NCBI GenBank assembly: GCA_028711345.1
Contig: JAQTSK010000001.1
Coordinates: 11,961 to 75,960, forward strand
DNA from: Candidatus Peribacteraceae bacterium
GTDB taxonomy: Bacteria > Patescibacteriota > Gracilibacteria > Peribacterales > Peribacteraceae
Direction of reading: 5' to 3'
Length of the DNA stretch: 64,000 bases
The notes beneath the pieces are model-generated. The model saw only the letters and a program-made list of their open reading frames with translations, made no database searches and had not been told where the DNA came from. Each line of letters opens with the position of its first letter. Position 1 is the first letter of the stretch. A program made the translations under genes and the position numbers. Shown here in pieces: positions 52,823 to 62,228 of the stretch.

Positions 52823-52890
52823 AGCAAAAAGGAAAGAGGGCAATACGTGAGAGTATTTTTTGCCTTCTTGCCCTTTTGCCTTCTTGCCCT
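52823..52890. repeat. GGCAAAAG-word hairpin between divergent cvpA-like gene and truB
   Basis: agcaaaaaggaaagagggcaa faces ttgccttcttgcccttttgccttcttgccc. The truB TATCCT -10 begins at its 3' edge. Confidence 0.65.
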
Positions 52891-52901
52891 ATCCTTTTAT
52901 C

Positions 52902-53771
52902 ATGCGCCACGGATTCCTCCTCGTCGACAAACCACGCGGACCGACCAGTCATGACATCGTTTCGCAGGTGCGACGGACTCTCGGCGAACGCCACATCGGT
53001 CATCTGGGAACGCTGGATCCTCTGGCGACGGGACTGATGGTGCTTGCGGTCGGTTCCAAGGCGCTGAAGGTGGTCGAGCTCTTCAAGGGGCTGGAAAAAG
53101 AGTATGAGGCGGAGGTGACATTGGGTGCGGTCAGTACGACCTACGATGCCGAGGGTGCCATTGAAGTCGTTCCCTTGAAAGCAGGCTGGCTCCCGCCGGA
53201 CGATGCTTCGCGCATTCAGGCGCTCATTGATGATCGTTTTCTCGGTACAGTGAGTCAGGTGCCGCCGGCTTTCTCGGCTGTGCATGTCGGCGGAACGCGA
53301 GCCTACCGTAAAGCGCAGCGCGGGGAGTCGTTCGAGATGAAGGCGCGGGAAGTGAACATTCTCCATTGTAAGGTAGGTAATTACGTCTATCCCAAGATGA
53401 CGCTGACCGTGCGCTGCGATGCCGGAACCTACATTCGTTCGCTTGCCCATGATCTGGGTGAGAGCATGCGGTGCGGCGGGTACCTCTCCGCACTCAGGCG
53501 GACGATGGTGGGGGAGTGGTTGGTGGAGGAAGCGGTCAAGCCCGACGAGGTCAAGTGGACGGACATCATGCCGCTGAAAGACGTACTTCGTTCATTTGAC
53601 AGCGTGATCGTGACGCCGAATCAGTGGGAGCACCTGCGTAATGGTCGCAGCGTTGCCGGAACCTGCTCGGAGGACCTGCCGCACATCGCGTGGCTCAATG
53701 ATCTGCCCATGGCTTTGTTGGAACCTGATAAAAAGCGCGAGGGCATGGTGAAGCCCAGGAAAGTGTTTTAA
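52902..53771 (+). CDS. truB: tRNA pseudouridine(55) synthase
   Basis: GFLLVDKPRGPTSHD and the catalytic-Asp motif GHLGTLDPLATG. Confidence 0.85.
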   Translation: MRHGFLLVDKPRGPTSHDIVSQVRRTLGERHIGHLGTLDPLATGLMVLAVGSKALKVVELFKGLEKEYEAEVTLGAVSTTYDAEGAIEVVPLKAGWLPPDDASRIQALIDDRFLGTVSQVPPAFSAVHVGGTRAYRKAQRGESFEMKAREVNILHCKVGNYVYPKMTLTVRCDAGTYIRSLAHDLGESMRCGGYLSALRRTMVGEWLVEEAVKPDEVKWTDIMPLKDVLRSFDSVIVTPNQWEHLRNGRSVAGTCSEDLPHIAWLNDLPMALLEPDKKREGMVKPRKVF

Positions 53772-53818
53772 GCACCAGCGCAGGATTCTTCCTGCGGTGA
53801 GAGGTGTAGTCTGTCGTC

Positions 53819-54157
53819 ATGCACCTGCAAATCGTCAACGGCAATCTGATCATTGGTCTTTCCTTCTGGGAAAAGGTTTGGGGTTTCCACGGATTGTTCC
53901 GTATCCCGCTTTCCCATGTTCGCGAGTTGAAGCATGAGCTCCCCGTCACTTCATGGAAAGAAATACGAATACCCGGCACGTTCCTTCCCGGTGTCATCAA
54001 AGCGGGGACGTACTACACACCGCGCGGCAAAGAGTTTTGGTACGTGACGCGGTGGGGGAAGCAGCACATCACGATTGAGCTTCAGAATGAAAGATACAAA
54101 AGGATTGTGTTGGGGCTTCCGGTATCTGAAATTATCCCGGCAGAGTTCAGTCGATGA
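53819..54157 (+). CDS. Hypothetical protein
   Basis: ORF with balanced composition. No motif recognised. Confidence 0.3.
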   Translation: MHLQIVNGNLIIGLSFWEKVWGFHGLFRIPLSHVRELKHELPVTSWKEIRIPGTFLPGVIKAGTYYTPRGKEFWYVTRWGKQHITIELQNERYKRIVLGLPVSEIIPAEFSR

Positions 54158-54186
54158 CTTGATTGGCTTGTTGATTTGAATTTGAG

Positions 54187-54263
54187 TGGTGGGTCAGGAG
54201 GGATTTGAACCCTCGGCCAATTGCTTAAGAGGCAACTGCTCTACCGGACTGAGCTACTGACCC
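54187..54263 (-). tRNA. tRNA-Lys (CTT)
   Basis: GGGTCAG/CTGACCC acceptor, loop CTCTTAA, CCA encoded. Confidence 0.85.
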
Positions 54264-54356
54264 GGAATGGTGTTTACGTGATAAAGAGCTGTGCGAGGGT
54301 AGCAAACGAATCTGAATCATTCAATTTGAATTCTTCGCTTTCCTCTCCGCTTTACT

Positions 54357-55385
54357 CTACGCCCTCACCCGCCTCCCCTCATACCTGATCAGCTTCAGTT
54401 CTTTCTGCTGGCCGAGGATTTCCTTGGAGAGGGGATCGTCGTAGTCGGCGTCGTAGACGACCGTTCCGATGCCGGCGTTCAGGATCATTTTGGTGCAGAT
54501 GACGCAGGGGAAGCAGTTGCAGTAGAGGGTGGAGCCGGCAATTGAAATGCCGAGCTTTGCGGCTTGTGTGATTGCATTCTGTTCCGCGTGCGTCCCGCGG
54601 CAGATCTCGTGGCGTTGGCCGGAGGGGATGCCGAGTTTCTCCCGCAGACATCCTCCCAGCTCAGCACAGTGCGGTACGCCGCGCGGTGCGCCGTTGTAGC
54701 CTGCCGTGAGTTGCTGGGAATCTTTGGCGATCACCGAGCCGACTTTGCGCCGGAGGCAGGTGGCGCGCTTCGCCCACGTGTAGGCGATCTCCATGAATAC
54801 TTCGTGAAACGTCGGACGGTCCTCGCCGCTTTGAAGGCGGATGAAGTGATCGAGCTTCTTCTTCAGATCCTCCAGTGATCCTTCATTCAAAATGAAGTAA
54901 TCAGCCTCATCCAGACATTTCTGCACCTGCTGACCGTCGGGCGGTTCGCCGATGCCGCGTTCTTTCTTCATCCGCTCGAGAATGTCCTCTTTTGTCAGCG
55001 CGGAGCCTTCGCGCTTTCTGGCGATCAAACGCTCAACGAGGATGTCCGGATGCGCGCTGACCCCGATCATTTGAAAGCCGGGCAGCTGCTTCAGCTCCTT
55101 CCACTCGCCCGGATTGCGGATGCCGTCGATCACCCACTTTTTTCCTGCCTCTTTCTCAACCTTCTCGCAAATCTTTTTCCCGAGTACGCCCGCACCGCCT
55201 GATTTACGAAGTGCATTGCCGATCTTCTGCAGATGTTCGCGTTCATGCGGCAATCCTTGCTTTGTCGCTTCCTCGCGAACCATGTCGGAAAGCGAAATGT
55301 ACGTGTACCCGTGTTCCTGCAGCATCTTCACGAGTTCGCCTTTGCCGCTTCCCATGTAGCCGGTGAGACCGATGTAGTGGAGCAT
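54357..55385 (-). CDS. Fusion of P-loop nucleoside/nucleotide kinase-like domain and dCMP (CMP/dCMP-type) deaminase
   Basis: N-terminal GLTGYMGSGKGE P-loop. The C-terminal domain has zinc ligands HAEQNAI and PCVICTKMI. Confidence 0.65.
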   Translation of the reverse strand: MLHYIGLTGYMGSGKGELVKMLQEHGYTYISLSDMVREEATKQGLPHEREHLQKIGNALRKSGGAGVLGKKICEKVEKEAGKKWVIDGIRNPGEWKELKQLPGFQMIGVSAHPDILVERLIARKREGSALTKEDILERMKKERGIGEPPDGQQVQKCLDEADYFILNEGSLEDLKKKLDHFIRLQSGEDRPTFHEVFMEIAYTWAKRATCLRRKVGSVIAKDSQQLTAGYNGAPRGVPHCAELGGCLREKLGIPSGQRHEICRGTHAEQNAITQAAKLGISIAGSTLYCNCFPCVICTKMILNAGIGTVVYDADYDDPLSKEILGQQKELKLIRYEGRRVRA

Positions 55386-55391
55386 GGACGG

Positions 55392-55400
55392 AGAGTATCA
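55392..55400 (-). promoter_or_regulatory. Extended -10 TGATACTCT, 6 nt upstream of ATG 55385
   Basis: Minus strand reads TGATACTCT-ccgtcc-ATG. Confidence 0.45.
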
Positions 55401-55529
55401 GAATATCGGGGATCGGGGATCGGAATATCGGAAGCGCAGGTCTGCTGACCTCCGGGCATGCAAACAATTCCATCCACTCATCCGGCACTGTCACGGCAGC
55501 ACGAATCTATTGTGTGACTCACAATGGTT

Positions 55530-56219
55530 TCACCGGTCCTTCGTCTCCTTCTGCACTTCTTCCTTCAACGCTGTCGCCATTTTTTGGACGAGCTCCAGCT
55601 GGTCGGGCTTCAGTGCGCGTTCGATGTTCTTGATGACTTCCGGCGCACGCTCGCTTCCCAGATCGCGGGCAAGCGAGAACCATGCGTACGCCTGTCCGAT
55701 GTCCGGTTCCGCCCCTTCCCCCTTGGCGTGCATTACACCGAGGTTGAATGCAGCTTCCTGGAATCCCTGTCCTCCGGACAACGCGAAGTACTCCTTGGCC
55801 TTGTCGAAATTTTGCTGTACGCCTTCGGCACGGTAGTACATCACCCCGAGATTGAACTGCGCGCGGGGGTTCTTCTTCTCCGCGGCTTTCTCGAACCAAT
55901 CCCGAGCCACGTCATAATCCTGCTTCACGCCTTCCCCCATGTAATACATCACACCGAGGTTGAATTCTGCGCGCACTTCTCCCTGCGCTGCGGCTTTCTC
56001 GAACCAACTCTTGGCAATCGCGAGGTCTTTGGGTCCTCCGGATCCGTCGTGGTATGCGGCTCCCAGCTCGAACTGGGCATCGGCATCGCCGGCATTCGCT
56101 TTCGTTTCCAACGACTCCCTCGATTCGAGTGGAGCGGGGACGGGAGGCGGTTCTTTGCCGCATGCAGCCAAGAATACTGCACAAGAGGCGGACAGGATCA
56201 TCAGACGTGTGATTCGCAT
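55530..56219 (-). CDS. Sel1-repeat (SLR) lipoprotein
   Basis: Signal and lipobox FLAAC, then five A.F.LG.MY..G.GV.QD...A..WF.KAA repeats. Confidence 0.7.
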   Translation of the reverse strand: MRITRLMILSASCAVFLAACGKEPPPVPAPLESRESLETKANAGDADAQFELGAAYHDGSGGPKDLAIAKSWFEKAAAQGEVRAEFNLGVMYYMGEGVKQDYDVARDWFEKAAEKKNPRAQFNLGVMYYRAEGVQQNFDKAKEYFALSGGQGFQEAAFNLGVMHAKGEGAEPDIGQAYAWFSLARDLGSERAPEVIKNIERALKPDQLELVQKMATALKEEVQKETKDR

Positions 56220-56361
56220 AGTGTCACCATAGTAGGGGATGAGAAGATCAGAGGAAAGACATCCACAGTCTTCCGTATATTTCCTTTCCTCTATCCATTC
56301 ACAAATTCGCCTTGCGTCCTCCTCAACACTCATTATACTTCGCGGCGCTTTCCTCTCCCTT

Positions 56362-56547
56362 ATGTTTTCTCCACTTTTCCCCTTCAGCTGGCTCTTTTGT
56401 TTCAGCGGTGATGACGACGATGGCACCGGGTCAGGGTCAGGAGCAGGTGATGATGATGGATTCGTTCTGGATGACGACGACGAACTCATTTCCGAAGATA
56501 CGGAGGACGATAACGAACTCGGAATTCCGGATGATGATGATGTGTAA
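56362..56547 (+). CDS. Possible small protein: hydrophobic N-terminus + poly-acidic tail
   Basis: MFSPLFPFSWLFCFSGDDDDGTGSGSG...IPDDDDV. It fills the gap between divergent and convergent neighbours. The strand choice is uncertain. Confidence 0.25.
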   Translation: MFSPLFPFSWLFCFSGDDDDGTGSGSGAGDDDGFVLDDDDELISEDTEDDNELGIPDDDDV

Positions 56548-56627
56548 ACGAGGGCAGAAAAGGCAGGAATGGCAGAAAGGGCAGAAAGGTTTTTCCGCTA
56601 TTACTCGATGTGGGTTTCCTTCGCTTG

Positions 56628-57266
56628 CTATGCCGCTGTCTCCACCATTGCCGTTTTACGATCCATCGCATCCATGGCATGTCGTTGGATGGTTCTCCAG
56701 TCGAAGGGGAACTTGAATGTCTCCAGTGCGCGGACGAGACTGGCGAAGCACATCCAGTGGCTGGGATCCTCGTAGACGAATGCATTGCCGCTCTCCTGTA
56801 CCGGATTGTAGTTCTCGAGGATTTCCATGGGGAGAGACACCGGTATCACTCCGTAACGCAGACAGTTTTCCAGTATTCCTTCGTCGTCGTTCGTGGAGAA
56901 GAACAGTGCGATATCGCTGCCCGCGAGCATCCTTCTGACGTGCAGATCGTCATCGGTGATGATCGCGACGCGATGGTTTTTAGTCTTTGCCAGTTTCGTC
57001 AGCGTATCGCCGTACTTCTTCGATCCCCGTCCTCTGATGACGAGGGAAATCGGCAGCTCCAACAGACCGGAGAGCACCTGTTCGAACAGTTTGCCTCCCA
57101 GTGCATCGGTGATTCCTGTCGGCAGACAGACGATGGGCTGTTTCGGTTCCGCAATCCATTTGAGCTCCTCCTGGAGTGCAGCCTTGTTTTCCCCTTTATG
57201 TTCGACTGTCCGTGCGGAGTACTTCCGCAGGATCTTGTTGTCGTAGGCTGGCGAGACGGTAGTCAT
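56628..57266 (-). CDS. Short glycosyltransferase-like protein (single Rossmann half, GlgA/GT1 C-terminal-like)
   Basis: The K.ALQEELKW......P.V......T...G..L pattern resembles glycogen-synthase-type GT-B C-domains. Only ~210 aa. Confidence 0.35.
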   Translation of the reverse strand: MTTVSPAYDNKILRKYSARTVEHKGENKAALQEELKWIAEPKQPIVCLPTGITDALGGKLFEQVLSGLLELPISLVIRGRGSKKYGDTLTKLAKTKNHRVAIITDDDLHVRRMLAGSDIALFFSTNDDEGILENCLRYGVIPVSLPMEILENYNPVQESGNAFVYEDPSHWMCFASLVRALETFKFPFDWRTIQRHAMDAMDRKTAMVETAA

Positions 57267-57441
57267 GTGGGGGTTGGTGTGAATGGATCAGGACAGTATA
57301 CATGTTTTCCTGTTTTCCTGTAACCCTTCAGGATTGTCATGCTTGTGGAATTGTAGGGAGATGTATTTATCGGGGTAGTGTACGAGAAGAAGAGAATGAG
57401 AGAGTATAAGGGAGGGCTTTCCACCCTTCTATTCTCATCTC

Positions 57442-57450
57442 TGATACTCT
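57442..57450 (+). promoter_or_regulatory. Extended -10 TGATACTCT, 6 nt upstream of ATG 57457
   Basis: TGATACTCT-gcctcc-ATG. Confidence 0.45.
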
Positions 57451-57456
57451 GCCTCC

Positions 57457-58449
57457 ATGAAGCATCTCGTCATCATTGACGGTCACCATCTCTTGTATCG
57501 GGCGTACTGGGCAATTCCCCGCACGATGCGCACGTCCAAAGGAGAGCAGGTGAACACGGTGTTCGGCATCGCCTCGATGCTTCTGCTGATACTGCGTACT
57601 GAGCTGCCTGACAGCGTTCTCTTCTGTTTCGATGCCGGCAATGAGACGTTCCGTCACACCGAATATGCCGAGTACAAGAGCGGTCGTCAGGCGACGCCGG
57701 ATGATTTCTATGTCCAGATTCCCCGCGCGCGGGCCGTCATTGACGCATTCGGCATCCGCTGCGTCGAGGACGCGGGTTTCGAAGCGGATGACTTCGCCTG
57801 TTCCTACGCGCGGGCGGCAGAACGGGCAGGAGACAGGGTGACGATCGTCTCGGGTGATCGGGATTTGTTCCAGCTGGCTTCCTCGACGATCAGGATCGCC
57901 ATTCCGCACAAGGGGTATCAGGCCGCCGAGTATCTGGGTGAGAAAGAAGTGCTGGCGAAGTACGGGGTCACGCCTGAACAGATCCCCTCATACAAAGGGT
58001 TGGTCGGCGATGCCTCGGACAATCTCCATGGCGTGAAGGGTATCGGTCCCAAGGCTGCCGCATCGCTGATTGCGCAGTACGGATCGATCGAGGAAATCTA
58101 CAAGCATCTTCCCAATATCAAGTCGTCGTGGAGATCGAAGTTGGAGTCTGACAGAGAGCAGGCGTTTTTCTGCGAAAGGATGGCTCTGCTGAAATGCGAT
58201 ATTGATCTTCCTGTCCCTCTTGCAGATCTGGAACTTCATGATATTCCCGCCGCGCCCATTCTTCAGTTGTTTTCCGAGCTGGAGTTCTCACTCGCGACGA
58301 AACGGTTTCAGTCGTTGCTCTCGACATCCTATGGGCTGAGTCATTTTCGGACAGATCCGGGATCGCTCACTGCCGCTTCTCCTGATTCGAGGCTATCGGA
58401 CACGGTGGATCAACAACCGAAGGAAGCGGTGCAGATGTCGTTGCTCTAG
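57457..58449 (+). CDS. Stand-alone 5'-3' exonuclease / flap endonuclease (Pol I N-terminal-domain type)
   Basis: MKHLVIIDGHHLLYRAYWA N-terminus, acidic clusters and the H3TH motif GVKGIGPKAAASLI. Confidence 0.75.
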   Translation: MKHLVIIDGHHLLYRAYWAIPRTMRTSKGEQVNTVFGIASMLLLILRTELPDSVLFCFDAGNETFRHTEYAEYKSGRQATPDDFYVQIPRARAVIDAFGIRCVEDAGFEADDFACSYARAAERAGDRVTIVSGDRDLFQLASSTIRIAIPHKGYQAAEYLGEKEVLAKYGVTPEQIPSYKGLVGDASDNLHGVKGIGPKAAASLIAQYGSIEEIYKHLPNIKSSWRSKLESDREQAFFCERMALLKCDIDLPVPLADLELHDIPAAPILQLFSELEFSLATKRFQSLLSTSYGLSHFRTDPGSLTAASPDSRLSDTVDQQPKEAVQMSLL

Positions 58450-58490
58450 TGTTGTGTCGCGCATGTTTCAGGACAATGAACCAAGGTGTA

Positions 58491-58570
58491 CAAAGGCAAG
58501 ATGGCAAAAGGGCAACAGGGCAAAAAGTCGAACATCTTGCCTTCTTTCCTTTTTGCCTTTTTCCCTCTTC
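58491..58570. repeat. GGCAAAAG-word hairpin downstream of the exonuclease gene
   Basis: caaaggcaagatggcaaaagggcaacagggcaaaaag faces cttgccttctttcctttttgcctttttccctcttc. Confidence 0.65.
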
Positions 58571-58640
58571 AGATGAAGCACTGTCCGGATATCTTGGAGA
58601 CACTACACTAGTATCTCTTCCACGAAGTTCCGGACGATTG

Positions 58641-58710
58641 GTTTGTATGTTTGCAGGTTTCAGGTTTCACGTTGAGCTGCAAACTTGAAACTTGCCAACA
58701 TGAAATTTGA
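58641..58710. repeat. CAGGTTTCA-word hairpin (same word family as the inner arms at 41835-41905)
   Basis: gtttgtatgtttgcaggtttcaggtttcacgtt faces aaacttgaaacttgccaacatgaaatttga. Confidence 0.6.
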
Positions 58711-59048
58711 AGCCGCTTGTTCGACATGGGACGGAACACACACCAGCATCTTGGACGCAATACTGGTTGTGCATTCTCCGAGCCCCAGCCACTGGGGTAA
58801 ATCCGGAATGTCGTACACTTTTTGTATTCGACAATTTTTTACTGAGTACATTCTTTATTATCCGGACGTTCTTTCCGTATCTGGATATGGAAAATTATTT
58901 TCTCCGTCACTCGACATTTTCATCGTACTGAATACGAAACGTAGTCATGACCGTGTTGCAGTCCCTTCCTGCTCTTCTCTAGACTGCGTTTACTTCGTGC
59001 ATCTTCGGGATGCATGGATCCCTTTCGCTCCACTCCACACCACTCTCT

Positions 59049-60290
59049 ATGGCCAAGGAACGCGTTGTCTGCAGTCTCGATATCGGTAGCTCCAAGATCC
59101 GCGTTATCATCGCCGTCGTCGACGCGTCGGACGGCGGTCAGGTTCCGAGTGTTATCGGCGTCGGCCTCTCTCCGTCGCTCGGGATGCGCAAAGGGCACGT
59201 CATCGACATCGAAGAGACCATCCATAACATCATCTCAGCACTGGAGGATGCCGAGCGCATGGCCGGTGTTCCGGTGAATCATGTCTTCGTCGGCATCAGC
59301 GGATCGCACATCGAAGCATTCGACAGTCGCGGCGTCATCGCCATCTCCGGCAGCGAGATCACGGTGGAGGATGTGGCACGCGTATTGGAGGCGGCGCAGG
59401 CGGTGAGTATTCCCAGCAATCGCCGGATTCTGCACATCGAACCCAAGTCGTACGCCGTCGACGAGCAGCGCGGCATCAAGAATCCCGTCGGCATGACCGG
59501 CATCCGTCTCGAGGTCGAGGCTCACATCATCACCGGTCAGATCCAGCACGTGAAGAATCTGGAGAAGTGCATCGATCAGGCGGGCGTCGACGTCGACGCC
59601 ATCGTACCTGCGACCATCGCCATTTCCGAGGCGGTCCTCACCAAACGTCAGAAAGAACTCGGTGTCGTGACGATCGATATCGGTGCGGGGTCAACGAGCG
59701 TCGCCGTATTTGAAGAGGGGACCATCCTGCATTCCGTCAGTCTTCCGGTCGGCGGCGAAAACGTGACGAACGACATTGCCATCGGACTGCGGACGTCGAT
59801 CGACACGGCGGAGAAGATCAAGATCGAGTTCGGCTCCGTCCTTCCCGCCGAGATTCAGGAGCGCGAGATGATCGACCTGTCGCAAGTCAGCAAGATGGAT
59901 ACGCAGATGGTCGGCAAGCGTTATATGGCGGAGATCATGCAGGCCAGATATTACGAGACGTTCACCCTCGTGAAGGAAGAGCTCAAGCGCATCGGCCGCG
60001 ACGGTCTCCTGCCTGCAGGAGTCCTTCTGACGGGTGCCGCCGTGAAGGCGCCTGGTGTGCTGGATATCGCACGTGAGGTGTTGGGTCTCCCGGTTCAGAT
60101 GGGCTTCCCTGTCGAGATCGGGGGCGTCATCGAGAAAGTGGATGATCCCGCGTACGCCACTGCTCTCGGTACGTTGCTCTGGGGAGTCCGTGAAGGTCAG
60201 CGTCGTTCGTCCTCATTCTCTCTGTCCGGTCTCGATTTCAAGCGCACGTTCAATCAGGTCGGTTCCTGGTTCAAGAATTTATTGCCGTAA
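59049..60290 (+). CDS. ftsA: Cell division protein FtsA
   Basis: Actin-fold phosphate-1 motif SLDIGSSKIRV, later DIGAGSTSVAVF, and position upstream of ftsZ. Confidence 0.8.
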   Translation: MAKERVVCSLDIGSSKIRVIIAVVDASDGGQVPSVIGVGLSPSLGMRKGHVIDIEETIHNIISALEDAERMAGVPVNHVFVGISGSHIEAFDSRGVIAISGSEITVEDVARVLEAAQAVSIPSNRRILHIEPKSYAVDEQRGIKNPVGMTGIRLEVEAHIITGQIQHVKNLEKCIDQAGVDVDAIVPATIAISEAVLTKRQKELGVVTIDIGAGSTSVAVFEEGTILHSVSLPVGGENVTNDIAIGLRTSIDTAEKIKIEFGSVLPAEIQEREMIDLSQVSKMDTQMVGKRYMAEIMQARYYETFTLVKEELKRIGRDGLLPAGVLLTGAAVKAPGVLDIAREVLGLPVQMGFPVEIGGVIEKVDDPAYATALGTLLWGVREGQRRSSSFSLSGLDFKRTFNQVGSWFKNLLP

Positions 60291-60338
60291 TTTTCCATTT
60301 ATCTTTTCCATTTTCAATCAGTTTTCACCCCCATTCCC

Positions 60339-61625
60339 ATGTCCGACACGCTCCGTTCCCTCTTCTCCGGTTCCAAGGGATCCTCCTCGTCCGGAAATCT
60401 TTTCGGAAGCAAGCCTTCCACTGCCGGCAGCGGCGGCAGCGGAAGCTTCGATGATTCGACGCCGCCTGCGGCCGCGGGCGGACATCAGGAGATCCGTCCG
60501 GACATCGCTCCGAATGCGGTCATCAAAGTGATCGGTGTGGGAGGGGGAGGCAGCAACGCCGTGTCCCGCATGATCAGCACCAAAGTCGGGGGTGTGGAGT
60601 TCATCGCCGTCAATACGGATGCGCAGGCGCTCTTCCATAATCCCGCGGCGCTCAAGGTGAACATCGGACGGGGGACGACGCGCGGACTCGGCGCTGGTGC
60701 GAATCCGGACATCGGACTCCAATCCGCCAAGGAGAGCGCGGAGGAACTGAAGAAAGCCATCGAGGGCGCCGATCTGGTCTTCATCACCGCCGGACTCGGC
60801 GGAGGAACAGGGTCGGGTGCCGCTCCGTACATCGCGGAATTGTCGAGGTCACTCGGCGTTCTGACGGTCGGCGTCGTCACGCGTCCGTTCAGCTTCGAGG
60901 GTCTCCGTCGTCGCAAGCAGGCGGATGAGGCATTGGAAGCTCTCCGAGGCAAAGTGGATACGCTCATCACCATTCCGAACGACCGCATTCTCTCCCTCAT
61001 CGACAAGACGACGCCGCTCACCGAGGCGTTCCAGATCGTCGATGAGATCCTTCGTCACGGTATCGAAGGCATCGCGAGCCTCATCACCGTCCACGGGCTT
61101 GTGAACGTTGACTTCGCCGACGTCCGTTCCGTCATGCAGGATGCCGGATCCGCTCTCATGGGTATCGGGTACGGCACGGGTGACAGCAGGGCTTCCGAGG
61201 CGGCACGGGCTGCCATCGATTCACCGCTCCTTGAACTCAGCATCAGCGGCGCGAAGGGCATTCTCTTCAACATCACCGGCGGCAACGATATGAGCATGTT
61301 CGAGGTGGATGAAGCCGCGCGCATCATCACAGAGGCCGCGGATCCGGAAGCGAACATCATCTTCGGCGCCGTCATCGATGACGCGTACACCGGTCAAGTG
61401 AAGTGCACCGTGATCGCCACGGGCTTTGAGGAAAAGAAAGATATGGTGATGGGACAGTCACAGGTTCCGGTACTCAAGAGTCTTCCGTCGTTCAAGAAGT
61501 CTTCCCCCGCCGATCAGCCCCGCTCCGAGCGCACGGATGATGCCGTGATCAAGCTTTCCGGTTCGCAGTTGAATGAAGAGGAGCTGGAGGTGCCGACGTT
61601 TATGAGGAAGAAAATAGGAAAGTAA
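60339..61625 (+). CDS. ftsZ: Cell division GTPase FtsZ
   Basis: GVGGGGSNAV and the tubulin signature GGGTGSGAAP, with a C-terminal LEVPTFMRK peptide. Confidence 0.9.
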   Translation: MSDTLRSLFSGSKGSSSSGNLFGSKPSTAGSGGSGSFDDSTPPAAAGGHQEIRPDIAPNAVIKVIGVGGGGSNAVSRMISTKVGGVEFIAVNTDAQALFHNPAALKVNIGRGTTRGLGAGANPDIGLQSAKESAEELKKAIEGADLVFITAGLGGGTGSGAAPYIAELSRSLGVLTVGVVTRPFSFEGLRRRKQADEALEALRGKVDTLITIPNDRILSLIDKTTPLTEAFQIVDEILRHGIEGIASLITVHGLVNVDFADVRSVMQDAGSALMGIGYGTGDSRASEAARAAIDSPLLELSISGAKGILFNITGGNDMSMFEVDEAARIITEAADPEANIIFGAVIDDAYTGQVKCTVIATGFEEKKDMVMGQSQVPVLKSLPSFKKSSPADQPRSERTDDAVIKLSGSQLNEEELEVPTFMRKKIGK

Positions 61626-61627
61626 AG

Positions 61628-61707
61628 CAGGTAATGTAGGTATAGTAGGTAATGTAGGTGGGTCGTATTACTACCTTACTTACCTTACTTACCTTACTTA
61701 CCTTACG
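61628..61707. terminator. Hairpin built from GTAGGTAAT-type words and complement, downstream of ftsZ
   Basis: caggtaatgtaggtatagtaggtaatgtaggtgg faces ctaccttacttaccttacttaccttacttaccttac. Confidence 0.6.
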
Positions 61708-61724
61708 TTCCTCACTTTCCTGCC

Positions 61725-62153
61725 ATGATCGTTTCAATCCAGCGCATCGACCCGACCTTGCCTTTGCCCCAGTATGAGACGGCTGGCTCCGCAGCGTTCG
61801 ATTTCGTGACGCGGGAAACCACGACGGTTCCTCCTCGGGCGATCGGACTCATTCCGGGCAACGTCATCGTCAAAGTGCCGGAAGGCTACGCATTGCTGGT
61901 CATGCCCAGATCATCGATGCCGCGGAAGAGGGGACTCATCTGTCCGCATTCGCTCGGACTCATCGATCATGACTACCATGGACCGAAGGATGAAATTTTT
62001 GTGCAGGTGCAGAATACGACGGACAAGCCGGTGACGGTTGAGCGAGGAGAGCGGATCGCGCAGGGGTTGTTCGTCAAAATCGACCGGGCAGAGTGGCAGG
62101 AGGTGGATTCGCACGGTGCGGAGACGAGAGGGGGATTCGGGAGCACCGGATAG
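61725..62153 (+). CDS. dut: dUTP diphosphatase
   Basis: AGSAAFD, PRSS and GLIDHDYHG motifs of trimeric dUTPases, with a C-terminal RGGFGSTG. Confidence 0.75.
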   Translation: MIVSIQRIDPTLPLPQYETAGSAAFDFVTRETTTVPPRAIGLIPGNVIVKVPEGYALLVMPRSSMPRKRGLICPHSLGLIDHDYHGPKDEIFVQVQNTTDKPVTVERGERIAQGLFVKIDRAEWQEVDSHGAETRGGFGSTG

Positions 62154-62227
62154 GTTTCTGGTTTCTGGTTAGTTGTTTCTGGTTAGTGTTGAAAAGCAAC
62201 CAAAAACCAGCAACCAATAACCAAAAA
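62153..62227. terminator. Hairpin built from GGTTTCT words and complement between convergent dut and proA
   Basis: ggtttctggtttctggttagttgtttctggttag faces caaccaaaaaccagcaaccaataaccaaaaac. Confidence 0.6.
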
Positions 62228-62228
62228 C

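Noticed and set aside
58685-59089. 134-aa ORF upstream of ftsA (candidate ftsQ-like gene)
   Set aside because: It has no TM/POTRA-like features and an odd composition. It overlaps the ftsA start region and a word-hairpin, so it is probably non-coding.
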